A DNA stretch of 64,000 bases from a virus, in the IMG/VR virus record IMGVR_UViG_3300047550_001767, positions 1 to 64,000 of that record. The stretch is one strand, 5' to 3'. Below, piece by piece: positions 25,020 to 35,489 of this stretch (positions are counted from its first letter, which is position 1; the number at the start of each line of letters is the position of its first letter). Below the pieces are notes generated by a model that saw only the letters and a list, made by a program, of their open reading frames with translations, was not told the origin of the DNA and did not search any database. Position numbers and translations under genes: made by a program.

Positions 25020-27249
25020 TAGGCACCTTTGATTTAAATGATACTACTTGTTCTTTTGGTTTAGAGACTTCTAAAGTTTTTGGTTTTTTCCAAGTTTCGC
25101 CGCCGGGTACTTCAATTATATATTTTTCCCAGTCGCTCCAATCTCCTTCACCTTCCCATACGTGGTCAAATGTAAAATTAACACACTGATTCAATATTCT
25201 TTCTTCTTCAAGTAACCACATAAATTCTTCGTGGTTTCTCCCTGCATCGCCCCACTTAGGCTTAGCAAATATTCTACTGCGCTTTGCTGTGTTAATATCA
25301 TAACGGCTATAGTCCTGAGCAAAGAAAGGACTTCTACGTTCAAGTGGATCCGGAGGATTTACATTTGAAGGTGGTTGAATAAATTTGATCCAACTTTTAG
25401 CCTTCCATTTACCTTCATCTGTAATTTCAAAGGTATGTTCTGCCCACATAGGACCAGCGTTACGATTGCCCCATTCTTTCATGTCTAGGTCTTCGTCAAA
25501 TATCATAACTCCTTTAAAGCCGCCTCTGGTGCGCCATAACATACGCCAAAACGCAAACATTTCATTAAACATACTATCAGCAAAAGGACTGATATTAGGT
25601 TTGGCTATGTTGTAGTCAAACTTTTCATATTCAATTTCTTTAAACAAATGTGGATGATTAAAATCTATTTTATAATGAAATTTAGGCAAATTTGATCTAT
25701 TAGGTATGACTACCGGCTTATCAAATTTTATGTTTTGTAAAAACGCAGCGAACATTTTCATGCGTTTTACAACGTGCATTTTACTCAATTTAAAGTCTTT
25801 TGTAATCCAATTATCCATGTACATATGATCTAGTACATTAAATCTTTCTAAATTTTGTCCTACAATACTTGTCGGGCCTAATCCAAAACCAAATCCTGCA
25901 GCGATATTTACTATTGATGTATTTCTATTACGCCATAAGAATGTCATTGTATCAGCAAAGTCTTGGTGTTCTTCGGTAGGAAATCCAATTAACCAATTAG
26001 TAAAAGCACCTATATTTGTTGTTGCGCCATCACGTAGATTTTGCTCCATCTCTTTAATAGTAACACCTTTGCTCATATCGTTGAGAACTTTTTGACTACC
26101 TGACTCAATACCGTAATTAAGCATTCTACAGCCACCGGCTGCAAGGTCTTTAAAGTATTCAAGATCCATGCGACCATCACAACGAGCATAACCAGTCCAG
26201 TTTATTTTAAATCCCTTTGCTGCTACTGCCTTTACAAAGGCACGCAACTCATTTACGTTGCCATTAACTAGACTATCAATAAACCAATATACATCGGTAC
26301 CATAATTGTAGTATAGATGTTCAACTTCGCTTACAGCATCTATTGACTGACGCTGACGATAGCGCCAAAAGTGTGTTTCTTCACAGAATGTGCATTTGGC
26401 TGTACATCCGCGACTTAACTGACTACACACACCATTTGGAAAACGATACTCATTAAAATCAAAGTGACTATAATCGGGCAGAGGTAAATTACTAATGTTA
26501 ATACGTTGTTCTTCTGGTTGGCGACGTATTTGTACCTCATCGTATGTTACACCGTTTTCAATTTCATCTAATATATCTAAGAATATTTGTTCCCCTTCAC
26601 CATTACAAATATAATCATATATTTTAGTTCGTTGGGCTTCTTCAGTTAATCTGCCTATTTGATTATGAGTATTACTTCCGCCTATTAATATTTTAACATG
26701 CGGTAATCTTTTTCTAATTTCTTTACACATATATTTAATAGGCTCTTCATTGCAATAGTATTGACTGAAGCCTATCACATCAGGTGGGTTCTCACAAATT
26801 TTGTTAAGATGCTCGTTAAATAAAGGTTCTACGAAAGGATGAATATCAGTGTAATAGTTTGATGCTAGCCATTTCCATTCTCTAGTCCCGTCCCATGGAT
26901 CAAAGTCCATTATTCCAGTTTGAACGTGGTGTCGCAAATATCTATAGGCTTTAATGTTTAAATCTAGTGCGGTAGTCTCATAGCCTGCACGTTTTGCAAC
27001 AGCAGTTAAAAGTGCTGTGTTGTACGGCGGAAATTCTGGAGCCCATTCGGGCATCAATATCATTAGTATCTTTGTTTTTCTTGTAGCATAACTTACATCA
27101 ACATCAGTTACGTTTTTCTGTACACTATTTTTTGCATAGGGAGCAATTGCTTCCATCATTACAAGATGTTTAGCATCAGCAATATCAGGAGTTGGTTTTT
27201 CGTTGGGCTTCCATTCTTTTTTGGCTAATGCCATAAACTCTTGATACAT
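25003..27249 (-). CDS. Cobalamin-binding radical SAM enzyme (class B methyltransferase-like)
   Basis: B12-domain motifs (DLNI, DVIGFS, ILIGG, GEGE) followed by SRGCTAKCTFC, FIDSL, GIESGSQKVL, LIGFPTE. Confidence 0.88.
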   Translation of the reverse strand: MYQEFMALAKKEWKPNEKPTPDIADAKHLVMMEAIAPYAKNSVQKNVTDVDVSYATRKTKILMILMPEWAPEFPPYNTALLTAVAKRAGYETTALDLNIKAYRYLRHHVQTGIMDFDPWDGTREWKWLASNYYTDIHPFVEPLFNEHLNKICENPPDVIGFSQYYCNEEPIKYMCKEIRKRLPHVKILIGGSNTHNQIGRLTEEAQRTKIYDYICNGEGEQIFLDILDEIENGVTYDEVQIRRQPEEQRINISNLPLPDYSHFDFNEYRFPNGVCSQLSRGCTAKCTFCEETHFWRYRQRQSIDAVSEVEHLYYNYGTDVYWFIDSLVNGNVNELRAFVKAVAAKGFKINWTGYARCDGRMDLEYFKDLAAGGCRMLNYGIESGSQKVLNDMSKGVTIKEMEQNLRDGATTNIGAFTNWLIGFPTEEHQDFADTMTFLWRNRNTSIVNIAAGFGFGLGPTSIVGQNLERFNVLDHMYMDNWITKDFKLSKMHVVKRMKMFAAFLQNIKFDKPVVIPNRSNLPKFHYKIDFNHPHLFKEIEYEKFDYNIAKPNISPFADSMFNEMFAFWRMLWRTRGGFKGVMIFDEDLDMKEWGNRNAGPMWAEHTFEITDEGKWKAKSWIKFIQPPSNVNPPDPLERRSPFFAQDYSRYDINTAKRSRIFAKPKWGDAGRNHEEFMWLLEEERILNQCVNFTFDHVWEGEGDWSDWEKYIIEVPGGETWKKPKTLEVSKPKEQVVSFKSKVPNEAGS

Positions 27250-27251
27250 AA

Positions 27252-28403
27252 TTAATCCTCAAATAGACTATCGATGGGAGGTCCTACTCTATGATCTGTA
27301 AGACTCAAAAGATATTTATAGTTATATTCCACTATAGGTTTAATATTTTTTTGCCATTCTAACCACTCATTTTTTGTAAATTTTTCCAAACGTTTAATTT
27401 CCTTTACTATCATATCAAATCTTTTATCCGGGTCCTGTTCGTTGTCATAACTTTCGTCTATATATGGGTGAAAAGTTTTATAGCCTCTTTGTTGTAACAC
27501 CTTAAGTGTTCCATGCCAGGCTATTGCTATAAAAGGATGTTTAAGTGCTAATGGTTTATAAATCTTTTCACTTAGGAAAAGTGTGTCCATATAATCAAAA
27601 AACGGACTCTTTTTTGAATCGTAAGGTTCATAAAGAGTTTCTGCGACTACGCTGAAATAACTTTCTTGATGGTAAATTAAATCATCGGGGCAAACATCAA
27701 CTGGATTATGTCTACTTTCAGTAATGTTTAATCTAAGAGGAAGTTTGTCTTTAATAGACAATATTTGTTTATATTCTTCATCTGAAATTAAGGGTAATTT
27801 ACTGTAGTTTTCGGGTTCCAACCAACCGGGAAATTGTCCTTCAAAACTAAAAAAAGATTTTTTAAGCCAATCATTTTTAATGGCTGCTGCTAAAAAGCGT
27901 AATCTATGATGTCTGTGAAGTTTATTAAAACATACAAATAATTTTTCTTTTTCTTTTATTTCATATGGTTGATTCAAATCAGGTTGATGTAGCGTATGCC
28001 AATATATAGTTTGTTCAAAATGATGTGCTCCTATAACGGTAAGTCTGTTATCCCAACCATATTTTTCACAAATTTGATCATAAAATTCTTGAGCGTGGGG
28101 TACGCCTACTGTAAAAATTAAATCTTTTTTGGGTATTTCTTTACATAGTTCAGCAATAGTTTGAACTTTAAATAATACTGAAAACAAAAAAGTTTCGCTA
28201 CTGTTAAAGAAAATAATTTTCTTTACAGGTTTTTTACTAGGTGTACCATGATATGCATCACGTACTTCCTTAACTAACTCTAATGTACTTCTTGAAACTA
28301 TACTATGGTCTACAAACGTAGAAGCATAGACCATGTAAAATTCGTCTTGCCAATATTTTAATTCAGGAAAACTACGTAAAGTGGCTTTAAGAGGACCAGA
28401 CAT
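27252..28403 (-). CDS. Glycosyltransferase-like protein (same family as 8203..9258)
   Basis: CFNK..R.HR, VVAET...FLSEKIYKP...HPF...GYKTFHPYIDESYD. Confidence 0.55.
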   Translation of the reverse strand: MSGPLKATLRSFPELKYWQDEFYMVYASTFVDHSIVSRSTLELVKEVRDAYHGTPSKKPVKKIIFFNSSETFLFSVLFKVQTIAELCKEIPKKDLIFTVGVPHAQEFYDQICEKYGWDNRLTVIGAHHFEQTIYWHTLHQPDLNQPYEIKEKEKLFVCFNKLHRHHRLRFLAAAIKNDWLKKSFFSFEGQFPGWLEPENYSKLPLISDEEYKQILSIKDKLPLRLNITESRHNPVDVCPDDLIYHQESYFSVVAETLYEPYDSKKSPFFDYMDTLFLSEKIYKPLALKHPFIAIAWHGTLKVLQQRGYKTFHPYIDESYDNEQDPDKRFDMIVKEIKRLEKFTKNEWLEWQKNIKPIVEYNYKYLLSLTDHRVGPPIDSLFED

Positions 28404-28435
28404 AAAATCTGATCCTGCTATAGTAGTATACTTGT

Positions 28436-29644
28436 TTAAGGATTTAATTTTTTTTTTCTGGTGTCGCCGTAATGAATAATTTCAGCATTACATTGATCTT
28501 TTTCTAGTTTGCGCCAAGGATCAACTACTGTTACATAACTAGGTAGTGAGCCAATAAGTCCCTGAGTCCATTTATCCCAGTATCCTATAAGATATACATT
28601 TGCCCACTGTGGGTCAAGTTCTAGATCATTTGTATTTTGATCATAATATCTTACTTGTCCGCCGTGTTTTTCAATGTAGTGTCCGACAAGCATACTTGCG
28701 CTACCATTAGTATAAGGCACTGCAGGCTTATATGCCTTACCAATTATAACAACTCTTGTTCCGTACTTTAAACATGCCAAAGCCATGCGCTCTGCTTGTT
28801 TCTCTCTTGCTGTCATAATAGCATCAAATAAATCATAACCTAAATCAAGACGCTCTGCAAGATAGCGCAATGCTATATTGTCACGTGGATGACAAGCGCC
28901 GGCGTCTCCTAAGGCTGCCTTCATGTATGCAGGGCCCATAATTCGATGTGTTGATTTTGCTAATGCATTTGTTACAACATCAACATTCATGTTGCCGTTA
29001 GTCTCAGCAACATCTTGTATCATATTAACTAATGCTAACTTTGTGCTTATAAATGTATTATAGAAAATCTTAATTGCCTCTGCTTCATCCCAGGTACCTA
29101 CTTCATAACGAGGGTTATTTTCCATAAACGGTTTATAAAACTCTATCAATTCTTGTGCATCACCGGTAAGGCTACCATCTTCAGTACCAATAATTACCAT
29201 TTCAGGATTTACCATATCCCATTTTACAGTACCCATAGCGATCAAATATGGATTATAAATGAATCTAGCATTGGTTATATGTTGCACTAAATGATTTCTA
29301 ACTGTGCCAGGTAAAACTGTAGAAATTAGTACTACCAATTTTTCTTTAGTGGCATACTTATTAACTTCTTTCAATATTTCTACTACAGTACTATAATCAA
29401 AATCTTTATTGGGTAAGTGACTAGTAGGAGTCTCTCCGCCATAAATCGGGTCATGTGGAGTAGGGGCGGCAATGAATATAATATCGCCGTGGCCTACTGC
29501 TTCTTCTATGCTTTTACACATGCCGAATCTAGGTTCAACTACAGGATTAACATCGTATCCCATAACGATATAATGTTCAGACATGACTTGGGCACAATCT
29601 TTACCCAACTTACCTACACCAATCATTGTTACTCTTTTAATCAT
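28436..29644 (-). CDS. UDP-glucose/GDP-mannose 6-dehydrogenase family
   Basis: GVGKLG, AAPTP, STVLPGT, AEAIKIFYN, GACHPRD, GKAYKP. Confidence 0.88.
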   Translation of the reverse strand: MIKRVTMIGVGKLGKDCAQVMSEHYIVMGYDVNPVVEPRFGMCKSIEEAVGHGDIIFIAAPTPHDPIYGGETPTSHLPNKDFDYSTVVEILKEVNKYATKEKLVVLISTVLPGTVRNHLVQHITNARFIYNPYLIAMGTVKWDMVNPEMVIIGTEDGSLTGDAQELIEFYKPFMENNPRYEVGTWDEAEAIKIFYNTFISTKLALVNMIQDVAETNGNMNVDVVTNALAKSTHRIMGPAYMKAALGDAGACHPRDNIALRYLAERLDLGYDLFDAIMTAREKQAERMALACLKYGTRVVIIGKAYKPAVPYTNGSASMLVGHYIEKHGGQVRYYDQNTNDLELDPQWANVYLIGYWDKWTQGLIGSLPSYVTVVDPWRKLEKDQCNAEIIHYGDTRKKKLNP

Positions 29645-29689
29645 GAATTCCTCAAATTTAGTTTTATTTATTTGGATAAAATATGTAGG

Positions 29690-30538
29690 TTAAATTAAAT
29701 GTAAATTATGAAAATAATTACTATTACTTTCTACTATATTATTAAACCATTTTTCAATTACTGTCCTTTCTTTTAAATCTAAAAGTTCAGTATTATACTG
29801 TAGGACTTTCTCTGCGTTTTTGTCTGAAATATTGAATCCTAAATTTTTTAAATATTCCATATACATTTTTGGATTAGGATGATAATCTTGGAATGGCGTT
29901 TTCCATGAGGAATATGATATAGATGTCCAGTGATATTGATGCCCATTTATCCAACCGCCCTTGCCGTCTTTAACAAATTCATATAGACAATTTGGCATGT
30001 CAAATATCACATCTCTATATAAATCAACTACATCATCTAATCCTACATCTCCTGTATAATATCTTATGTCATATATAGGATCGACTGCTTTTAAAACAAC
30101 TGCGTGACATGGTAAATATCGTAACGAATTCATCGTGGTAGACATTAAACCTAAATCTCTAATAATATAACCGCGTACACAAGTATATTTTTTAATAAAT
30201 TCTTTAGAATAAAAATCTTGTGTCCAAATGTTTCCAGGAGTTTGCCAACCGTTTTCAATATAACGATCTTCTCTGCTAAACGTGCTCCACATAATCAGTA
30301 CTAAATCTTTGTCTGTAAATCTATACTTTTGATTAGCACTTGATATACGCTCAGTAATATAGAGATTGCCTGCCCCCGAACTACCAAAATTGTATATTAA
30401 TGTATCCTCATTTGTCTCCATAGATAGAATATTTGCCCAAGTAGGCCAAGTATAGTGTGTAAAACTACAACCAAAAATGAACACGCGGCTATAAGATTTA
30501 AAATCTATGTCTTTATAATTCCTAAAGTCTAAAATCAT
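29690..30538 (-). CDS. SGNH-like protein
   Basis: IFGCSFT..W.TW, NFGSSGAGN, DYHP. Confidence 0.6.
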   Translation of the reverse strand: MILDFRNYKDIDFKSYSRVFIFGCSFTHYTWPTWANILSMETNEDTLIYNFGSSGAGNLYITERISSANQKYRFTDKDLVLIMWSTFSREDRYIENGWQTPGNIWTQDFYSKEFIKKYTCVRGYIIRDLGLMSTTMNSLRYLPCHAVVLKAVDPIYDIRYYTGDVGLDDVVDLYRDVIFDMPNCLYEFVKDGKGGWINGHQYHWTSISYSSWKTPFQDYHPNPKMYMEYLKNLGFNISDKNAEKVLQYNTELLDLKERTVIEKWFNNIVESNSNYFHNLHLI

Positions 30539-31773
30539 AAAAGTTTTCTCACAAAGTTCTTATGGAGTAATTCGCATTTAGGATCATCTCCCCTTAAAAA
30601 TGGGGCAGTCTTACTAATAATCATTTTTTGATTGTGTTCACAAATAGGTTTTACATTGTCTATAAAAGTTTGTATCTCGTCATTATTGTAATTGCAAATT
30701 TTTTCGATCTCTTTAATTATTTTTTTAAGTCTTTCACAATCATCAAATTCATTATCGTAACTTTCATCTATATAAGGATGAAACGTTTTATATCCTATTT
30801 CTCGTAATAATTCTAAACTTTTCGGTACGGTAACAAATATAAAAGGGTGACCTACGGCGATAGGTTTGAATATCTTTTCACTTAGAAATCTTGCCTCATT
30901 CATTCCTTCCCCATGATAAAATGTAGTTTCAGTAACTACACTTACTAAACTATTAAGGTATAGATAAAGACTTTTGCCTTCTAGATGCGGTTTATTTTCT
31001 ACTAATTCATCAGTATCTAGATAAAGTTCTGGCATATTTAATATGCTTTGCTCATTGTCGGTTAAGAGTTTAGAAATTTCTGCATCTTTACTATGATGTC
31101 CTTTAATCCACCACCAAATATCATTCCATCCTCGACAATCATCACTACGTGCTAAACTTACATATCCTTGTGGAAGCAAATTTTTAGCATGTAATAATGC
31201 GACTAATGTAGGCCTGTGTAGGCGCCATCTACGATTAAAATTCAAGAATCGTTTCGGGTATGGTTGATATGTTAATACTTTGCTATAATCAACACTTATT
31301 TGTTGCGCTTCTATGCTTATTGATTCTTCAAACTCCAATAACCATTCTACGTTCATATACTCAAAATTATTTTCATCAGCATATTTTTTAACTGCTTTAC
31401 CTAAATCTGCTGCTTCATTTGCTATGTAAATTTTATGAGCTGGAATACCGGCATCAACAACTAATGATTGATAAAGGGGTTCAACTATGTCTAAAAAAGC
31501 CTCATGTGTATTTGCCAAATACAAATATGTTCTACTATCTGTTTTTATTTTATCCAAAATAACTTCAGGCATTACAGAGTCTATAGGAAAGACATCAAAT
31601 GCGTCACCGTGAAAAAATTCAATATACCAGTAATCTTTATCATCCCAAGTTCTTAACAACCATATTAAACAACCGTCGGCCTCATGACGTATCCAGTTAT
31701 CATTTTCATTACCAGTTCTAGAGGTATGTAAATATTTAAAGCCCAATTTATATTGTTTATTGAGTAAAGCCAT
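30535..31773 (-). CDS. Glycosyltransferase-like protein (same family as 8203..9258)
   Basis: LNFNRRWRLHR, VVTET...FLSEKIFKP...HPF...GYKTFHPYIDESYD. Confidence 0.55.
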   Translation of the reverse strand: MALLNKQYKLGFKYLHTSRTGNENDNWIRHEADGCLIWLLRTWDDKDYWYIEFFHGDAFDVFPIDSVMPEVILDKIKTDSRTYLYLANTHEAFLDIVEPLYQSLVVDAGIPAHKIYIANEAADLGKAVKKYADENNFEYMNVEWLLEFEESISIEAQQISVDYSKVLTYQPYPKRFLNFNRRWRLHRPTLVALLHAKNLLPQGYVSLARSDDCRGWNDIWWWIKGHHSKDAEISKLLTDNEQSILNMPELYLDTDELVENKPHLEGKSLYLYLNSLVSVVTETTFYHGEGMNEARFLSEKIFKPIAVGHPFIFVTVPKSLELLREIGYKTFHPYIDESYDNEFDDCERLKKIIKEIEKICNYNNDEIQTFIDNVKPICEHNQKMIISKTAPFLRGDDPKCELLHKNFVRKLL

Positions 31774-31776
31774 ATA

Positions 31777-32487
31777 TTAAAAATTAATTTCTACCATTTT
31801 TCCCGGTTTGTAATTGTCTATGCATTCAATTATAGCATTCGCTAATAACTTATGCATTTTAAGTGATAAATGGCATTCTCTAGTTTCATTTGATAAATTT
31901 TGAGGCCACTCGTCCTTTCTGCTCAAAAGCATTAAAGGAGGTCTTACTTCTGCACAATTTTCAAAACGATGAAAGTATTTAATATCTTTAAAGTTCACTG
32001 AATCATAAATTTCCCATTTATTAAGTGGTACCTGCGAGAAAACATGTAAGTTAATAAATTTTACTGATGGAAAATCAAGAACCATATGATCATACATGTT
32101 CATTAGTGCAGACATTTCAATATCTGGTTTTTCAGTAAGGGCAAAGTGTTTATAATAGTTGATTGCGGCTTTATACACAGGGTTGTTAATATCTGTTGTA
32201 TCGGTAACTTTTCTATTTGCTATGCTCTCATTTAAAACAGGCATAAAATTATTGTATAATCTATTAATATCAGACCAAACAAATATAACAACATCTGGCA
32301 CAGATTCATTTTTCATGTAATCAAGAAAATTAAAAAATGCTGACCACGGACCAGTTCCGCTCACCCCTCTGAAATCGACATCAGCATTATACTTTGATCT
32401 TAGAATACCTTCATAGACCTGTGGTATTAAAGGATTACCCTGTTGTAATCTTAATATAAAACTATCTCCAAAACCTACAATTTTCAT
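31777..32487 (-). CDS. SGNH-like protein
   Basis: GFGDSF, G.SGTGPW, RECHL...H; tandem paralog of 32484..33257. Confidence 0.6.
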   Translation of the reverse strand: MKIVGFGDSFILRLQQGNPLIPQVYEGILRSKYNADVDFRGVSGTGPWSAFFNFLDYMKNESVPDVVIFVWSDINRLYNNFMPVLNESIANRKVTDTTDINNPVYKAAINYYKHFALTEKPDIEMSALMNMYDHMVLDFPSVKFINLHVFSQVPLNKWEIYDSVNFKDIKYFHRFENCAEVRPPLMLLSRKDEWPQNLSNETRECHLSLKMHKLLANAIIECIDNYKPGKMVEINF

Positions 32488-33257
32488 TTTGTCACTAATT
32501 TGGTTAAATAAGGTTTATCCATCTTATAGGATTCTATTTCTACTAATAAACCAGGTTCATACTTATCTATACAATTTATAATTGCTTCGGCTACAATTAT
32601 ATGCATAGCCTCTGTTAAATGGCAAGTCCGCGTTTCTAAATGCATTTTGTTACCGCCGGGCCAACCATCTCTGCGACTCATCCACATTAATGCTGGTCTA
32701 ACCTCTGCACAATTTATAAATCTATGATGATAGTCTAATTGTTTTGGTCCTAGTTTATCATAGTGATCCCACCATTGAAAACGCTTTAAATAAGAAAAGT
32801 TATGTAAATTAATAAATTTTATGTTAGGATAATTAAAGACAAATTTATCAAAATACATCATTAAAGAACGCAATTCATAATTTTCTTTTTTATGATCCGC
32901 TATATATAATCCATAATCTAAAGCTGCCTGGTAAATTTCTGAATTAATATGGTTTTCTTGTATTTTATTCTTGCAGGTACCCCGTGTAGTATCAAGGATG
33001 TTAGGATGATATAAGGATCTGCACGCCTCACTCCAGCCGAATAAAACAACATCAGGTAGAACCTCTGCTTCTTTAAGGTAGTTTCTGCACTTTATAAACG
33101 CATGCCATGGACCAGAACCAGGATCGCCATAAAATTCTACGTTAGTTTCGTCAGCCTTATAATTTTTTAATAATAAGCCCTGATAACATGCAAATTCATA
33201 ACTCGATAAATTGTGAACATCATGTTGAAAACTATCCCCGAAAGCAACTATTTTCAT
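32484..33257 (-). CDS. SGNH-like protein
   Basis: AFGDSF, GDPGSGPW, RTCHL...H; shares HRF.NCAEVRP.LM..SR.D.WP with 31777..32487. Confidence 0.6.
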   Translation of the reverse strand: MKIVAFGDSFQHDVHNLSSYEFACYQGLLLKNYKADETNVEFYGDPGSGPWHAFIKCRNYLKEAEVLPDVVLFGWSEACRSLYHPNILDTTRGTCKNKIQENHINSEIYQAALDYGLYIADHKKENYELRSLMMYFDKFVFNYPNIKFINLHNFSYLKRFQWWDHYDKLGPKQLDYHHRFINCAEVRPALMWMSRRDGWPGGNKMHLETRTCHLTEAMHIIVAEAIINCIDKYEPGLLVEIESYKMDKPYLTKLVTK

Positions 33258-34510
33258 TCAAATACCCAAAATTCTTTCATATATGGTAAATAATCAAATA
33301 TCTTTCTGTTTCTATATTTATCCAGTGGTTCAACAAAATCACGCATCCTGCGCCAATGAGCGAGACGTATTTTTTCATCTACCTTAGCCTTTAACACATT
33401 TGTTCTAATATTTTCAATAGCAGGTAACCACTTATCTTCAAGGTTAACTGTTTTTAAATAATTTTGTAGATCATCCAACATGATTGCTGTTTTATTTTTT
33501 AATTCTATTGGAGCATAAGCAGGATTAAAATAACTAGGATTGTTTACGCATTGTACGTGCGGCAACGATTTTAATATTCCGCATCCTTCATCAGCAACCT
33601 GTGTTTCCCACCATTTAACAATATCACCAAATGTTAATAGATTCAATGATGTTACTGTATGACTTAAATTAATATAATAATCGCCGTTTTGTTTAGCAAT
33701 ATTTTTTATACTATCTAATTGACTAGTTACTTTTTTCCATGTAAAGGGATATCGTATGTATTCGTTTACTTTTCCTACACCATCAATACTGACTGTTATG
33801 TGTTTAGTGCTAAATTGACTCCACAGTTCTAGCATCTCATCACTTATACCTGTTAAATTAGTAACAAATCCCAATGTAATATCTTTGCTACGTCCTTGTT
33901 CTATTAACCTTTTTAACAGATAGGTAACAGCATCATTGATTGTAGGCTCGCCGCCCGCAAACTGCACTGCTTTTAAGTTAGTCAACTTATCTAATATTGG
34001 TGCAATATTTTCTTCTTTAAACCAATTTAAGTTTGGATGATTCCATACAAACCCTGTAATATCTTCTTGCTCTTTAGCCCATAGTGAACTGGCTGAACTA
34101 TTGCACATCAAACATGCACTATTACACTTGTTCCCTGTAGTAACATCTAATAAAAAGATTTTACTAAAGTCTGTAACTTCAGGATTATCTACACGCCAAC
34201 TTTGTCCGGTTTTTTCTTCCACACCAGCAAGCGTGTGATTAAAGATTTGTCTTGTGCTTGCTTGTCCAACATCTTCACGTATCTTACATAAATTACATAT
34301 AGGATTCCATTTGCCTTCTAACATGTCTTTACGTAATTTAACCATGTTTTCATTGTTAAACCATGTAGGCAAATGATTTCTATAATCTGCTAATTGATGG
34401 TCTGTTTCACGCCAAAAATATGTATCAACAGCGCAGCAAGGTCTGCTTCCGCCATGTGGGCCAAAACTTACTGAGTTAAATGCTAATGAGCAATATAAAT
34501 CTTTAGGCAT
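33254..34510 (-). CDS. Radical SAM enzyme with an N-terminal SPASM/twitch-like domain
   Basis: YC...PCC...CNLC then CNSACLMC, AGGEP, VTN, SIDG. Confidence 0.88.
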   Translation of the reverse strand: MPKDLYCSLAFNSVSFGPHGGSRPCCAVDTYFWRETDHQLADYRNHLPTWFNNENMVKLRKDMLEGKWNPICNLCKIREDVGQASTRQIFNHTLAGVEEKTGQSWRVDNPEVTDFSKIFLLDVTTGNKCNSACLMCNSSASSLWAKEQEDITGFVWNHPNLNWFKEENIAPILDKLTNLKAVQFAGGEPTINDAVTYLLKRLIEQGRSKDITLGFVTNLTGISDEMLELWSQFSTKHITVSIDGVGKVNEYIRYPFTWKKVTSQLDSIKNIAKQNGDYYINLSHTVTSLNLLTFGDIVKWWETQVADEGCGILKSLPHVQCVNNPSYFNPAYAPIELKNKTAIMLDDLQNYLKTVNLEDKWLPAIENIRTNVLKAKVDEKIRLAHWRRMRDFVEPLDKYRNRKIFDYLPYMKEFWVFE

Positions 34511-35489
34511 TTTGTTTTACCGGTGCACGTTTACTTATTATAATGTCAGTGCCGCAAGTACATTGCATTTTTTTACAGATGACTGGACGTGACATAAGTT
34601 GTATATCTTCATATATATTGCCTAATATGGGGCCCTGTCCACAACTCGCTGCTGTAGTATGTCCGGCACTGTTAATAAACAACGCTTCATCTACATTACA
34701 TTCCCAACCAGTAAAGAAGTTTCTGCGTTCTGCGACTATACGGTTTCCGTTTAAGGGTTGTTCTAATCCAGATTCATAAACTTCTTTACTAGCGCACTGC
34801 CACTTACTGCCTTGTGGTTTGTCTATTGTAGTTTTACTTTCAAAGGTATGAGTTTTGAAAAATTCATGCATCCAAGGTTCGCTATAGTCCCATGGTGCAA
34901 CATTAATATCAATATCGCTAAACAATGGTACCCATTCTAGGTTATAGTTTTGTAATGTTGATTTTACTTTTTCGCCAAATTCCATAACTTCTCTAAATCT
35001 ATCTTCTTGCATCATCATGCGACTACAGAGATAATTTACTTTATCCTGCAAAAATATTAGATTGTCAAGGTATCTGTCACGATTAGCAAAGTCAATATGA
35101 AAACTTGCTACTACATCGTGAAACAAATGATAATGCTCTTTCCACCATTGCGTACTACGGCTTAAATTAGTATTGATACCAATATGAGGATCATCAATAC
35201 GTTCTTTCAACCATTTAATTAGAGGTATCAAAAATGGCCAAACAGTTGGTTCGCCACCACTGAAATAAAACTTATAACCCTTCGTACCCTTACGTTCAAA
35301 CTGTGTGATAATTTTATCTAAGTTAAATTTAATTCTATCAAAATCTTCTGGTTTTCCATGTTTAGGGCCTAATCCTGCCCAATTACCCGGATTGCAGTAC
35401 TTACATTTAAAGTTACAAAAATCATTAACCTGCCAAGTGATATTGACATATGGATGATACATTGGTTTAATTTCAATTAACTTATCCAT
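34503..35489 (-). CDS. Radical SAM enzyme with a C-terminal Cys-rich domain
   Basis: CNFKCKYC, SGGEPT, NTNLS, ASFH; C-terminal WEC...ASC...CKKMQCTC. Confidence 0.88.
   Translation of the reverse strand: MDKLIEIKPMYHPYVNITWQVNDFCNFKCKYCNPGNWAGLGPKHGKPEDFDRIKFNLDKIITQFERKGTKGYKFYFSGGEPTVWPFLIPLIKWLKERIDDPHIGINTNLSRSTQWWKEHYHLFHDVVASFHIDFANRDRYLDNLIFLQDKVNYLCSRMMMQEDRFREVMEFGEKVKSTLQNYNLEWVPLFSDIDINVAPWDYSEPWMHEFFKTHTFESKTTIDKPQGSKWQCASKEVYESGLEQPLNGNRIVAERRNFFTGWECNVDEALFINSAGHTTAASCGQGPILGNIYEDIQLMSRPVICKKMQCTCGTDIIISKRAPVKQNA

Noticed and set aside
34503-35489. Viperin-like antiviral enzyme
   Set aside because: It lacks the N(Y/F)H...CNYxCxFCFH signature and has an extra C-terminal Cys cluster.
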